DNA of 64,000 nucleotides, taken from NCBI GenBank assembly GCA_964550955.1, contig CAZKAF010000001.1:318197-382196 (forward strand), given 5' to 3'. The stretch is from an uncultured Candidatus Saccharibacteria bacterium. GTDB taxonomy: Bacteria; Patescibacteriota; Minisyncoccia; Phycocordibacterales; CAIZLB01. The notes under the pieces were generated by a model, which was not told where the DNA came from, did not search any database, and was given only the letters and a program-made list of their open reading frames with translations. A program made the position numbers and the translations under genes. Shown one piece after another: positions 47,356-56,769 of this stretch. Position 1 is the first letter of the stretch. Every line of letters begins with the position of its first letter.

Positions 47356-50067
47356 TCATGCGCCGACCGCTACCAGGCTTTCCTTGGCGCCGATCGTCTT
47401 CTTCCCGCCTTTTTTCACGGTGAAGGTAAACTCGCTCGTTTTCGCATCCACCCCGACCGTAACCGTTCCTCCTCTCATGACGCCCTGATCTATGATAAGC
47501 GAGGCGACCTGATTCAGGATCTTGTTCTGGATGAGGCGCTTGAGCGGCCGAGCGCCGTACTGCGGGTTATACCCTTCTTTCGCCAAGTACTGCACCGCAG
47601 GCTCTGAGAATTCGAGCTTGATGTCCTTGTCGCTGAGCCTCGCCTTGACCTTCGTAAGCTCAATCTCCACGATGTTTCGGATAGCTTCCTGGCTGAGGAT
47701 GTCGAAAATGACAATCTCGTCGAGCCGGTTGATGAACTCCGGTCGGAAATGCTCCTTGAGGGATTCCATCACCTTCTCCTTGGTCTCCGCATAGTTTTCT
47801 TTGTCAGTTCCACTGGCCGAGAAGCCGATCTTCTGCATTCGGTCGATGTATTGTGCGCCAATATTCGAAGTCATGATGATGATAGTGTTCTTGAAATTGA
47901 TCGTCCTGCCTTTCGAGTCAGTCAGCCGTCCGTTGTCGAGAACCTGCAAAAGCACGTTGAAGATTTCAGGATGCGCCTTCTCAATCTCGTCGAACAGGAT
48001 GACGGAGTACGGCCGATGCTTCACCGTCTCGGTCAAGCTTCCCGAGTCTTCATGGCCGACATAGCCCGGAGGCGCGCCGATGATTTTCGAGACCGCATGC
48101 TTTTCCATGTACTCCGACATGTCCACTCGGATAAGGGCCTTCTCGTCGTCGAACATGAACTTGGCAAGCGCTTTCGTCAGTTCCGTTTTTCCTACGCCGG
48201 TCGGGCCAAGGAAAATGAACGAACCGATAGGCCGGGCAGGATCGTTGATTCCCGCTCTCGATCGCTTGATGGTGTCGGCGATTTTCTTAACCGCCTCGTC
48301 CTGGCCGACAACCTGCTCCTTGAGGCCGTCCTCCATTCGCGAGAGCTTCTGCGCTTCCTCCTCAAGCATTCTTGAAACCGGAATGCCAGTCCATCGAGCC
48401 ACCACTTGCGCGATTTCCTGCTCGTTGATTTCCTCCTTGAGGATGCGCCTGAATACCTGAAGCTTCTTGAGCTTCTTCGTCTTCGTATCTAAATCCTTCT
48501 CGAGCATCGGAATCTTTCCATAGCGAATCTCCGCGACTTTTGAAAGGTCCGCCTTTGATTCGGCCCGCTCGGATTCCTGCCGAGCCGTCTCGAGCTGCTT
48601 CTTGATATTCTTGATGTCGGAGAGAGTTTCCCGCTCATTGATCCATTTCGCTTCGATCTCGGAAGTGCCCGCCTTGAGGTTGGCTATTTCCTCTTCGATG
48701 ACCTTGAGCCGCGCCTTTGACTTTGCGACGAGGGGCGCGTCCGACCCGTTCTGGGCATCCTTGCTGAGCGCCTCTTTCTCTATTTCGAGCCGCATGATCT
48801 TCCGATGAGCGTCTTCGAGCTCGGCCGGCTTGTTTTCCAAAGAAATTTTAAGAGAAGAGGCCGCCTCATCAATGAGGTCAACCGCCTTGTCAGGAAGGAA
48901 CCTGTCGCTGATATACCTGCTTGAAAGATTCACCGCCGAAACGATGGCGTCATCCGTGATGCGCACGCCGTGATACAGCTCGTATTTTTCCTTGAGGCCG
49001 CGAAGGATGGCGACCGCATCCTCAATGGAAGGCTCGTTGACATACACGGGCTGGAAGCGTCGCTGAAGCGCGGGGTCCTTTTCGATATGCTTCTGATACT
49101 CCTTGAGCGTAGTGGCGCCGACTGCCCTTAGCTCGCCTCGCGCGAGCGCAGGCTTGAGCATGTTCGAAGCGTCAAGCGACCCTTCGGCAGCTCCTGCGCC
49201 CACTATGGTATGAATCTCGTCTATGAAAAGGATGATCTTGCCGTCCGACTTCTCTATCTCTTTAAGAATATTTTTAAGCCGCTCCTCAAACTCTCCCCTG
49301 TACTTCGTGCCGGCAATGAGAATGCCGAGGTCAAGCGAGACCAGCTCCTTTTCCCTCAAGGACTCGGGCACGTCGCCGAGCGCGATGCGATTCGCCAAGC
49401 CTTCGATGATGGCCGTCTTGCCGACGCCTGCCTCGCCGATTAGTATCGGATTGTTCTTCGTCCGCCTCGAAAGAATCTGAATCACGCGCATGATTTCAGT
49501 ATCCCTTCCGATGACCGGGTCGAGCTTGTGCTCTCGGGCGAGAGCCGTCAGGTTTCTCGTATACTTGACGATGGCCTTCATTTTTTTTGAGCCGCCCTCG
49601 CCGTTTCCTGATGTCTTGCTCTGCTTTATCTCCTGAAGCGCCTTATGAATGCTGTCTTTCTCGATCTTGAACCGGGCGAGCATGTCGCGCGCGGGGTTCG
49701 ACGTATCAAAAAGCGCGAGGAAAAGATGCTCCACGTTCACGAACTCGTCTTTCATGCCCGCCGCGACTTTTGCAGAATTTTCTATGATTTGCGCGAGTTC
49801 CGGCGTCAGGTACAGCTGATACGAAGGCGCGATCGTAGCCCCGCCGTCGCCGTTGTCGATGGCCTCAAGAACGTTGTCCGTGAGGAGGATGGTATCCACG
49901 TCCAGCCGCTCAAGCACGGAGAAGACGATGCTGTCTTCCTGAACAAGCAGCGCGGTGAGCAAATGAACGGGGCTGACATGGTTCTGAGCGCGCTCGATGG
50001 CCAATTCATGGGCTTTTTTAATGACTTCCTTGGCTTTTGTTGTGAAATTGTTGAATGGTGGCATCAT
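47356..50067 (-). CDS. clpB: ATP-dependent chaperone ClpB
   Basis: 903 aa with an N-terminal Clp repeat, two AAA+ modules ([10 protein letters not shown]; [10 protein letters not shown]) and a long middle coiled-coil domain characteristic of ClpB. Confidence 0.9.
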   Translation of the reverse strand: MMPPFNNFTTKAKEVIKKAHELAIERAQNHVSPVHLLTALLVQEDSIVFSVLERLDVDTILLTDNVLEAIDNGDGGATIAPSYQLYLTPELAQIIENSAKVAAGMKDEFVNVEHLFLALFDTSNPARDMLARFKIEKDSIHKALQEIKQSKTSGNGEGGSKKMKAIVKYTRNLTALAREHKLDPVIGRDTEIMRVIQILSRRTKNNPILIGEAGVGKTAIIEGLANRIALGDVPESLREKELVSLDLGILIAGTKYRGEFEERLKNILKEIEKSDGKIILFIDEIHTIVGAGAAEGSLDASNMLKPALARGELRAVGATTLKEYQKHIEKDPALQRRFQPVYVNEPSIEDAVAILRGLKEKYELYHGVRITDDAIVSAVNLSSRYISDRFLPDKAVDLIDEAASSLKISLENKPAELEDAHRKIMRLEIEKEALSKDAQNGSDAPLVAKSKARLKVIEEEIANLKAGTSEIEAKWINERETLSDIKNIKKQLETARQESERAESKADLSKVAEIRYGKIPMLEKDLDTKTKKLKKLQVFRRILKEEINEQEIAQVVARWTGIPVSRMLEEEAQKLSRMEDGLKEQVVGQDEAVKKIADTIKRSRAGINDPARPIGSFIFLGPTGVGKTELTKALAKFMFDDEKALIRVDMSEYMEKHAVSKIIGAPPGYVGHEDSGSLTETVKHRPYSVILFDEIEKAHPEIFNVLLQVLDNGRLTDSKGRTINFKNTIIIMTSNIGAQYIDRMQKIGFSASGTDKENYAETKEKVMESLKEHFRPEFINRLDEIVIFDILSQEAIRNIVEIELTKVKARLSDKDIKLEFSEPAVQYLAKEGYNPQYGARPLKRLIQNKILNQVASLIIDQGVMRGGTVTVGVDAKTSEFTFTVKKGGKKTIGAKESLVAVGA

Positions 50068-50079
50068 ATTTTTGGAGTA

Positions 50080-51444
50080 TTATAACATAGTGGTCAAGAC
50101 CTGGCTGATAATCATTTTCGCCCGTTCGACTTCGTCCTTCGTCGTATGTTTTCCGAGCGTGATCCTGAGCGAGCTTTTCGAGCAATTTTTCTTATTTTTC
50201 TGACCTTCGACCGAAGCGCTGAGCGCTTCTACTACATATGAAGACGAATCTTCCTTCTTTGACTTACAGCTCGTCACCGACGAGACAAAAACGCCTTTCG
50301 CGTCGAGCCGAATGACCGCGAATTCCGCATCCATATTTTCCAAGCACACATTTATGTTGTTCGGCAGGCGCTCCTTCATGCTTCCGTTTACCTTGAGAGA
50401 GGGAACTTGCTCAAGCAGATGCGAGAGCAGGCCGTCTCTCAATTCCCCGACCCTTGCCGACTCGGCTTCCCTGTCCTTCTGGCAAAGCTCGAGCGCTTCG
50501 GCGAAGCCGACGATGTTCGCCACCGGCTCAGTTCCCGGCCGGACGTATTCTTCCTGAGCGCCTCCGAAAAGCAGAGGCCTCAGCTTGATGCCTTTCTTGG
50601 CAAACAAGACGCCCGTTCCCCGCGGACCGTAAAACTTGGAGCTGTCGAGCGTCATCATGTCCACTCCGAGGCTCGGAACGCGAAGGCTGCAGTAGGCGGG
50701 AGCTTGGCATGCGTCCGTGTGAAATGCCGGCAAAGTTTTTTCGAAAATTTCTTCAGGAGACGATCCTTCGCCGCCGACCTCGCTCTTGTTCTTGCGATGG
50801 TGCCGTATGGCCTTGGCAATTTCGTGAATCGGCTGCAACGTTCCGATTTCATTGTTCGCGTATTGAATCGTGACCAAGGCCGTCTCGCGCCTAAGCGCCG
50901 ACTTGAGTTCCTTGAGATCGACGATGCCGTCTTCCGTCACCGGAACGTATGTAATGTCGCACATGCCCGAGCGGCCCATGTCTTTCAGGACTTCCAGCAC
51001 CGACGGGTGCTCTATCGTCGAAGTGACGATATGCGGCTTGAAATATACATTTGAAATGACGGCCGAGAAGAATCCCCTGATTGCCAGGTTATTCGATTCC
51101 GTCCCTCCGGACGTGAAATACAGCTCGTTCGCATGGACCTCCAGGCACCTTGCCGCGGCGCCCCGCGCCTCCTCGAGTTTTTTCGAGGATCTTACTCCGG
51201 CCGAGTACAGCGACGACGGATTGGCATAGAATTCCCTTGAAGCCTCGTGCATCTTGGCAAGGACGGCCGGATCGACGGGCGTAACCGAGGCATAGTCCAG
51301 GTAAATGTCTTTTTCGTCCTGAGTCGAGCCTCCGAAGCCACCCTCAACCGCCCCTTTCGCGGATTCTGCCTCCGCGCTTTTTGCGCCCTCAGCGGCCAAG
51401 CTCTTCGCCGGCCCGTCCTTAAAGATGGATTTGAAAAAGTTCAT
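50080..51444 (-). CDS. cysteine desulfurase (NifS/IscS family, class V aminotransferase)
   Basis: SGGTESNNLAIRG, the PLP-Lys region (KFYGPRGTGVLFAKK) and an Ala/Glu-rich N-terminal extension. Start taken at ATG 51444; a TTG start lies at 51468. Confidence 0.8.
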   Translation of the reverse strand: MNFFKSIFKDGPAKSLAAEGAKSAEAESAKGAVEGGFGGSTQDEKDIYLDYASVTPVDPAVLAKMHEASREFYANPSSLYSAGVRSSKKLEEARGAAARCLEVHANELYFTSGGTESNNLAIRGFFSAVISNVYFKPHIVTSTIEHPSVLEVLKDMGRSGMCDITYVPVTEDGIVDLKELKSALRRETALVTIQYANNEIGTLQPIHEIAKAIRHHRKNKSEVGGEGSSPEEIFEKTLPAFHTDACQAPAYCSLRVPSLGVDMMTLDSSKFYGPRGTGVLFAKKGIKLRPLLFGGAQEEYVRPGTEPVANIVGFAEALELCQKDREAESARVGELRDGLLSHLLEQVPSLKVNGSMKERLPNNINVCLENMDAEFAVIRLDAKGVFVSSVTSCKSKKEDSSSYVVEALSASVEGQKNKKNCSKSSLRITLGKHTTKDEVERAKMIISQVLTTML

Positions 51445-51514
51445 ATGTTTATATCCCCAACTATACAAAAAAGTCAGGCGTCTGTATACTTTTCAGGTAC
51501 ATACCAAAAACCAT

Positions 51515-52009
51515 ATGAACTCAATACAGAATCTCTCAATCGAACTCATCGGAATCATCGCCTTGGCAGTCTTCTGCCTCGTGCTCCTGTCGCTCTTCGT
51601 CTATCAGCAAAGGAGAATCTCAAGGCTCCTTCGGGGAAAAAATACGGTCAACATCGAGGATTCGATCATCGAGCTCGCGAAGGAGCTCGACTCGCTTTCG
51701 AATTTCAGGGAAGAATCTGAAAAATATTTCGCCATCGTCGAAAAAAGGCTTCGAAAATCGGTTCAGGCCATCGAGACGAAGCGATTCAATCCGTTCAAGG
51801 GAACGGGAGCCGGAGGAAATCAGAGCTTCGCGTCGGCATTCGTGAATGAAAACGGCGACGGCCTCATTCTTTCGAGCCTGTACTCAAGCGACCGGGTGAG
51901 CATGTTCGCGAAGCCTGTCGAAAAATTCAAGTCATCATACGAGCTGACGGAAGAGGAGCAGGAAGCGCTGACTGACGCGGAGACGCGAGCGACGCAGTAT
52001 CATCTTTAG
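51515..52009 (+). CDS. DUF4446-like protein with an N-terminal TM anchor
   Basis: TM helix IELIGIIALAVFCLVLLSLFVY followed by ..RFNPFKGTGAGGNQSFASAFVNENGDGLILSSLYSSDRV.., the conserved core pattern of DUF4446-type proteins. Confidence 0.5.
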   Translation: MNSIQNLSIELIGIIALAVFCLVLLSLFVYQQRRISRLLRGKNTVNIEDSIIELAKELDSLSNFREESEKYFAIVEKRLRKSVQAIETKRFNPFKGTGAGGNQSFASAFVNENGDGLILSSLYSSDRVSMFAKPVEKFKSSYELTEEEQEALTDAETRATQYHL

Positions 52010-52050
52010 GCTTAAGCTTCTAAATCTTGAAGTTTGTTTTTTGTAATGAA

Positions 52051-52091
52051 AATAAAAAAGGCCGAGCGATGTTTTTCAACATGGCTCGGCC
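52051..52091 (-). terminator. rho-independent terminator for the 52109-52726 gene
   Basis: Long hairpin GGCCGAGCGATGTT-tttc-AACATGGCTCGGCC, followed on the minus strand by TTTTTTATTTT. Confidence 0.55.
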
Positions 52092-52108
52092 TCATGCCTT
52101 GCAGCCGC

Positions 52109-52726
52109 CTAATTGACGGCCTTCGGGCTGTACGTGTACAAGGTCTTGACCCTGAAACGCTGACTTTCAAACCATTGCACCCAGGCACCGTACTCGCGAG
52201 GATTTGCCATCGTGAGCTTGCCGGTGCAATCCTTGATCAGGAGCACCCCGTCCGTACATTCGGGAATCGCTCTGGTGTCCCAGCGCATGTTCACCTGATT
52301 CGGAGGAGGGCAAGGAACGCTCAGGTCCCTTGACTGCCAGCGGCCGGGAACATGAACGATGGGTGCCTGGTACTGCCGCGATCCGCTTTGCGAAAAACGA
52401 GCGTAGCCTGGAGCAGGCGCCCGCGCGGCCGCGACTTGCTGCCGCGCCGGGGCTTTCGGAGCCGGAGGCCTCTCATAGACCGGCGAGACGGCGGGCCGAT
52501 AATTCTGCCCCTGGCTCGCATGATGATGGCCGGCTTGCTGCTGACCAGCGTGCTGGTAGCCATAACCGTAGCCGCCGTAATAACCATACGGTCCGTAAGG
52601 GCTGCAGCTGCTCATGACAAGCAGGCTTGCCGCGGACAACGACAGGCGGACGACTTTTCCCTGAAGGCCTGACAGGAGCAGGCCGACTGACGACTTGAAT
52701 GAACTAAGCGAAGCTGATTGCTTCAT
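52109..52726 (-). CDS. secreted protein or lipoprotein with a Tyr/Gly-rich low-complexity region
   Basis: Signal peptide with a possible lipobox (LLVMSSCS). YGPYGYYGGYGYGYQH repeat, Pro/Ala-rich linker and a Cys-containing C-terminal domain. Confidence 0.55.
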   Translation of the reverse strand: MKQSASLSSFKSSVGLLLSGLQGKVVRLSLSAASLLVMSSCSPYGPYGYYGGYGYGYQHAGQQQAGHHHASQGQNYRPAVSPVYERPPAPKAPARQQVAAARAPAPGYARFSQSGSRQYQAPIVHVPGRWQSRDLSVPCPPPNQVNMRWDTRAIPECTDGVLLIKDCTGKLTMANPREYGAWVQWFESQRFRVKTLYTYSPKAVN

Positions 52727-53107
52727 GACTGTTATTTCCCTTTCTGCCTATGGGTTTGCTGCACACGTCAGGGATCAACTGATCCTTGCGACCTCGCTCG
52801 CGCTGCCGGCAAGACTGCCAGCCGCCCTCGTTTGGTGGCAAATACCTCCGTGTTTGGAAAATAGGCATTTCCAGCACCGATTATCTATTATAAGCCTGGA
52901 ATGTCAATCTTTATTGCTAAATTAGGCAAAATGTTGTATCTTTTTAGCAAGCGTTTCTTTATCTCGCTTTTATTTTATTTTCATCTAGTCATTTATCAAC
53001 GCAGGTCGGAGCATGCAGGCAACCGGGAGGTCTTACCAAGATTTTCATGCAAGGCGCTCAGAGTACGGATATCTGGATATTATAGATGATGCCTAACCCA
53101 ACCACTC

Positions 53108-54673
53108 ATGAGCAAAAAAACTACACAATCGAATACGAGTAACATTCAAGCTCGGCCTCCGGTTGTCGTAGTCATGGGACATGTCGATCACGGCAAGTCC
53201 ACTCTCCTCGACTACATTCGAAGCTCGAAGGTGGTGGACAAGGAAGTCGGCGGCATCACGCAGAGGATGTCCGCGTACGAAGTCGTTCGCAAGATTGACG
53301 CCGACGGCAAAAAAGCAGACAAGACGATCACCTTCCTCGACACCCCGGGCCACGAGTCGTTCAATGCCATCCGGGCGCGCGGAGCCAATGCTGCTGACAT
53401 AGCAATTCTCGTCGTATCGGCGGAAGACGGCGTCAAGCCGCAGACACTGGACGCGTACAAGGCGATCAAGTCATCCGCCGTGCCGTTCATAGTCGGCATC
53501 AGCAAGATCGACAAGCCGAATGCGAACCTCGAGCGGGTAAAGCTTTCCCTTGCGGAAAATGAAATCTACGTCGAGGGATACGGAGGGACGATTCCCTTTG
53601 TTCCCTTCTCCGGAAAGACGGGCCAAGGAGTCGACGATTTGCTCGACATGATTCTTCTTACGGCCGAAGTCGAGAACTTTTCCGCTGACTACGGCGCCCA
53701 GGCGGAATGTCTTGTCGTAGAATCCAACCGCGACAAGGTCCGGGGAACGTCGGCGACGCTCATCGTCAAGAACGGGGTCCTCCGGACTGGTTCCGTGGCC
53801 GTTGCGGGCCTCGCCATGTCCCCTGTCCGAATCATGGAAAGCTGTGCCGGCAAGCCGCTCAAGGAAGCCACGCCGTCCATGCCCATAAGAATCGTCGGAT
53901 GGGATAGCGAGCCCGAAGTGGGAGGCATGTGCTTCACCTTCGCCACAAAGAAGGAAGCCGAGAAATACATCGAGGCCGAAAAGGAGAAAATTGCGGCAGC
54001 AGATGAGAAAAGCAAGAACAACGGCGCGCCGAACAATCCCATCGGCATGTACAATTCAACGGAAGAAAACAAGATCATTCCGCTGATCGTGCGGGCGGAC
54101 ACGTCGGGATCAATCGAAGCCGTCAAGTACGAGATATCCAAGATTCAGGTCGAGCGGGCCACGCTCAAGATAGTTCAGGCGGGCATCGGGGACATCAACG
54201 AGAACGACGTGAAGTCGGCCATCGGCGTGCCGGGAACGCTCATCGTCGGCTTCACGGTCAAGACCGACGCGTCGGCGAAGCGGTTCGCCGAGCAGCACGG
54301 AGTTGAGATCCAGGTATTTGACATAATCTACAAGCTTACAGAATGGCTCGAATCAGAAGCCAGGAACAGGGCCGGAAAGATACGGGTCGAGGAGCAGAAA
54401 GGGATCGCCAAGGTGCTGAAATTCTTCAGCGCCATCCGGGACAAGCAGGTCATCGGAGCTCGCGTCGAGGCCGGCACCCTCTCCATCAACGACGAGGTCC
54501 GCATCGTCAGGCGAGACCATGAAATCGCGCGAGGCAGAATCCGGGAGCTTCAGCACATGAAGAGCAAGGTCGGCTCGATCGAGGAAGGAAAGGAATTCGG
54601 AACGATGATCGAATCGAAGATAGAGCTTGCGCCCGGCGACAAGATAGAAGCGATTCACGTCGTCGTGAGATAG
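53108..54673 (+). CDS. infB: translation initiation factor IF-2, short form lacking the N-terminal domains
   Basis: G domain ([30 protein letters not shown]), then domain II and the C1/C2 domains; 521 aa. Confidence 0.9.
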   Translation: MSKKTTQSNTSNIQARPPVVVVMGHVDHGKSTLLDYIRSSKVVDKEVGGITQRMSAYEVVRKIDADGKKADKTITFLDTPGHESFNAIRARGANAADIAILVVSAEDGVKPQTLDAYKAIKSSAVPFIVGISKIDKPNANLERVKLSLAENEIYVEGYGGTIPFVPFSGKTGQGVDDLLDMILLTAEVENFSADYGAQAECLVVESNRDKVRGTSATLIVKNGVLRTGSVAVAGLAMSPVRIMESCAGKPLKEATPSMPIRIVGWDSEPEVGGMCFTFATKKEAEKYIEAEKEKIAAADEKSKNNGAPNNPIGMYNSTEENKIIPLIVRADTSGSIEAVKYEISKIQVERATLKIVQAGIGDINENDVKSAIGVPGTLIVGFTVKTDASAKRFAEQHGVEIQVFDIIYKLTEWLESEARNRAGKIRVEEQKGIAKVLKFFSAIRDKQVIGARVEAGTLSINDEVRIVRRDHEIARGRIRELQHMKSKVGSIEEGKEFGTMIESKIELAPGDKIEAIHVVVR

Positions 54674-54737
54674 GCATCGGGCAGCCCTTAGCTTTGCCCG
54701 ATGGAAAGCATCCGTCCGGCAAGAAAATACAAACCAA

Positions 54738-55064
54738 ATGAACACTCCCAGATCATACAGAAACCAAAGAGCCGAAGACGTTCTCAAGGAGCTCGCGATG
54801 AACTTCATCAAGCTCGAGTCGAACGGCACCTCTCTCGTGACGGTCACGAACATCTCAGTGCAGAACAGGGGCAAGAATGCCACCATCCTGTTCACCGTGC
54901 TTCCGGAAGACAAGGAAGAGGTAGTCCTGGACTTCCTCAAGCGAAAGAGGCCCGAGTTCAGGGGGTTCATCAAGGAAAACTCCAGAGTCGGCATTATCCC
55001 CTTTATCGACTTCGAAATCGACCTCGGCGAGAAAAATCGACAAAATGTGGACAGGTTGCTATAG
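54738..55064 (+). CDS. rbfA: ribosome-binding factor A
   Basis: 108-aa KH-like protein immediately downstream of infB (conserved order); R...V...I..L..I.... pattern. Confidence 0.7.
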   Translation: MNTPRSYRNQRAEDVLKELAMNFIKLESNGTSLVTVTNISVQNRGKNATILFTVLPEDKEEVVLDFLKRKRPEFRGFIKENSRVGIIPFIDFEIDLGEKNRQNVDRLL

Positions 55065-55180
55065 TATCTGAGTATTTTAGCTGTTCAAGCAGTCGAAATA
55101 CGCTCATTCCGGCGGCGGAGCCAGGATGTCAGGGACTTCCCTGCTCGAAAGCTCAGCATGCGGGATGAATGCAAATAAAT

Positions 55181-55257
55181 GGCGTAGTGGCGAAGTTGGT
55201 CAACGCGGCAGTCTGCAAAACTGCTATGCGCCGGTTCGATCCCGGCCTACGCCTCCA
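55181..55257 (+). tRNA. tRNA-Cys(GCA), CCA encoded
   Basis: Acceptor GGCGTAG/CTACGCC, anticodon stem GCAGT/ACTGC with loop CTGCAAA, discriminator U73 and 3' CCA. Confidence 0.8.
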
Positions 55258-55275
55258 GGACAGGAAAGCAAGATT

Positions 55276-55359
55276 GCCCGGGTGGCGAAATGGTAAACGC
55301 GTGACACTTAAAATGTCATGACTTAAACAGTCTTGTGGGTTCGAGTCCCACCCCGGGCA
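55276..55359 (+). tRNA. tRNA-Leu(TAA) with a long variable arm
   Basis: Acceptor GCCCGGG/CCCGGGC, anticodon stem TGACA/TGTCA with loop CTTAAAA, and T-arm GTGGG-TTCGAGT-CCCAC. Confidence 0.8.
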
Positions 55360-55527
55360 CAGAATGCGGCGCAAGCACGGTGTCATGGCGGTCCTGAGAA
55401 ACCCCCGGACGGCACTTTTTCTTTTCTTTCTTTTATGCTATAAAGTACTTACTTTTATAGTGCAGGGAAACGAAGACGGAAGTCGCGGGACGGAGGAATT
55501 CGAGAAACGCATGATAAAATCACATAT

Positions 55528-55603
55528 CCGCCCGTAGCTCAGTTGGTAGAGCAACTCCCTCTTAAGGAGATGGTCGTAGGTTCGAATCCTACCGGGCGGA
55601 CCA
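55528..55603 (+). tRNA. tRNA-Lys(CTT), CCA encoded
   Basis: Acceptor CCGCCCG/CGGGCGG (C1-G72), D-stem GCTC/GAGC, anticodon loop CTCTTAA, and T-arm GTAGG-TTCGAAT-CCTAC. A27/A43 mismatch. Confidence 0.7.
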
Positions 55604-55777
55604 TAAACAAAAGAATACTTTTCAAGTGTTGCTTTTGTTTATTTGAAGCCCGAGTGCATAATTTATTATGCACGTGCAGGATTCGAAAGGGTTCTCCTGT
55701 ATTTTTGAGAAACGAGCAAAGTTCATGGCTGAGCGAGTTTTGAAAAAATAGGAAACCCGTACTGGTCCTGTAAGGAC

Positions 55778-55796
55778 CGAATCCTACCGGGCGGAC
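55778..55796. repeat. 19-nt direct repeat of the tRNA-Lys 3' end
   Basis: CGAATCCTACCGGGCGGAC is identical to 55583-55601 inside tRNA-Lys, ~195 bp downstream. Confidence 0.7.
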
Positions 55797-55869
55797 ACGT
55801 CGCAAGTCATGAAACCGCCGTTCGCGAGAATGCGGCAAAATGATTGTACGTAAAAAGTTGGGCGAGTGG

Positions 55870-55955
55870 TGAAACGGTAGACACGTCAGTCTTAGGAACT
55901 GATTCCCGCAAGGGAGTGGAGGTTCAAGTCCTCTCTCGCCCACCAGCAAAAAGCA
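55870..55955 (+). tRNA. tRNA-Leu(TAG) with a long variable arm, CCA encoded
   Basis: Acceptor GGGCGAG/CTCGCCC, anticodon stem TCAGT/ACTGA with loop CTTAGGA, and T-arm GGAGG-TTCAAGT-CCTCT. Confidence 0.8.
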
Positions 55956-56158
55956 GCCAAGCCGAAGCCTGACTGCTTTTTACGTTCTGCCCCGCTTGAC
56001 TGCTGAAGCTCCGGAGGTATATTTAGATTAGATTTGACCGTTTTCTCCATTGCTTCAAACAGGACGAATGGCCACGACAAGCAAATGGCGCCTTTTTCCT
56101 GCTTGATGCAATGGAGCCCTTCCAGTGCACATTAACCTAACATGCGGAGTACAGCTTT

Positions 56159-56395
56159 ATGGCAATGCATATTATCAGACCAGGAAAAGTTAATTTAGAG
56201 ACAGCTTATGTTGCAAACTGCAATCATTGCAAATGTCGCTTCACCTTCACGCTCAGTGACGTGAAAGAAATCCCCGATTTCCGCGATGGCAACTATCATG
56301 AGGCGAGATGCCCGGAGACCTCCTGCAAGCAGACCGTCAGGATTTTCAAGCTGACAATTCACAGAAGGCCCGAGCCGAAAAAGAACAAGCGATGA
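56159..56395 (+). CDS. small Cys-rich protein (possible zinc ribbon)
   Basis: 78 aa with CNHCKC ... CPETSCKQ cysteine pairs and a basic C-terminus. Confidence 0.4.
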   Translation: MAMHIIRPGKVNLETAYVANCNHCKCRFTFTLSDVKEIPDFRDGNYHEARCPETSCKQTVRIFKLTIHRRPEPKKNKR

Positions 56396-56431
56396 GTCCT
56401 GAACGGAAGCTCGACCGCAAGACCAGACACG

Positions 56432-56447
56432 GAAGTTTACTTAAGCC
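56432..56447 (+). repeat. copy 4 of motif
   Basis: GAAGTTTACTTAAGCC, followed by the short hairpin AAGCC-agacac-GGCTT. Confidence 0.5.
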
Positions 56448-56595
56448 AGACACGGCTTGAGCGAGACAGAATGCGCCCTATCCTTTACCGGACGGGCGCT
56501 TTAATATTCAGAATACGGGCTAGGACGGAAATCAATGGAGGCATTTTCTCGAATTTTCCGGGCAGGGCCGGACAAAAATCAGCGGCGCATGATGC

Positions 56596-56625
56596 TTGAC
56601 AAATAGCTATATTATGTTATATAAT
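56596..56625 (+). promoter_or_regulatory. sigma70-like promoter with a ~140-nt leader
   Basis: TTGACA (56596-56601), an 18-nt spacer and TATAAT (56620-56625). The leader contains the hairpin GCTTGGC-ccaaa-GCCAAGC. Confidence 0.45.
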
Positions 56626-56769
56626 ATACACAGTTAACTCCTCCCCTCCTGACGCAGCTTGGCCCAAAGCCAAGCTCGTCCGGAAAACACTCAAGACAAC
56701 AAAAAACCCGGAGATCCGCCTTCTGGGAGGAAGGAAGGTCTTTGAAAACCAAATAGAAGAACTGAAAAA

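Noticed and set aside
55539-55949. ORFs overlapping the tRNA cluster (55539..55949 minus, 55543..55743 plus, 55153..55386 minus, 55892..56080 minus)
   Set aside because: They span tRNA-Cys, tRNA-Leu, tRNA-Lys and tRNA-Leu genes. tRNA structure explains the sequence.
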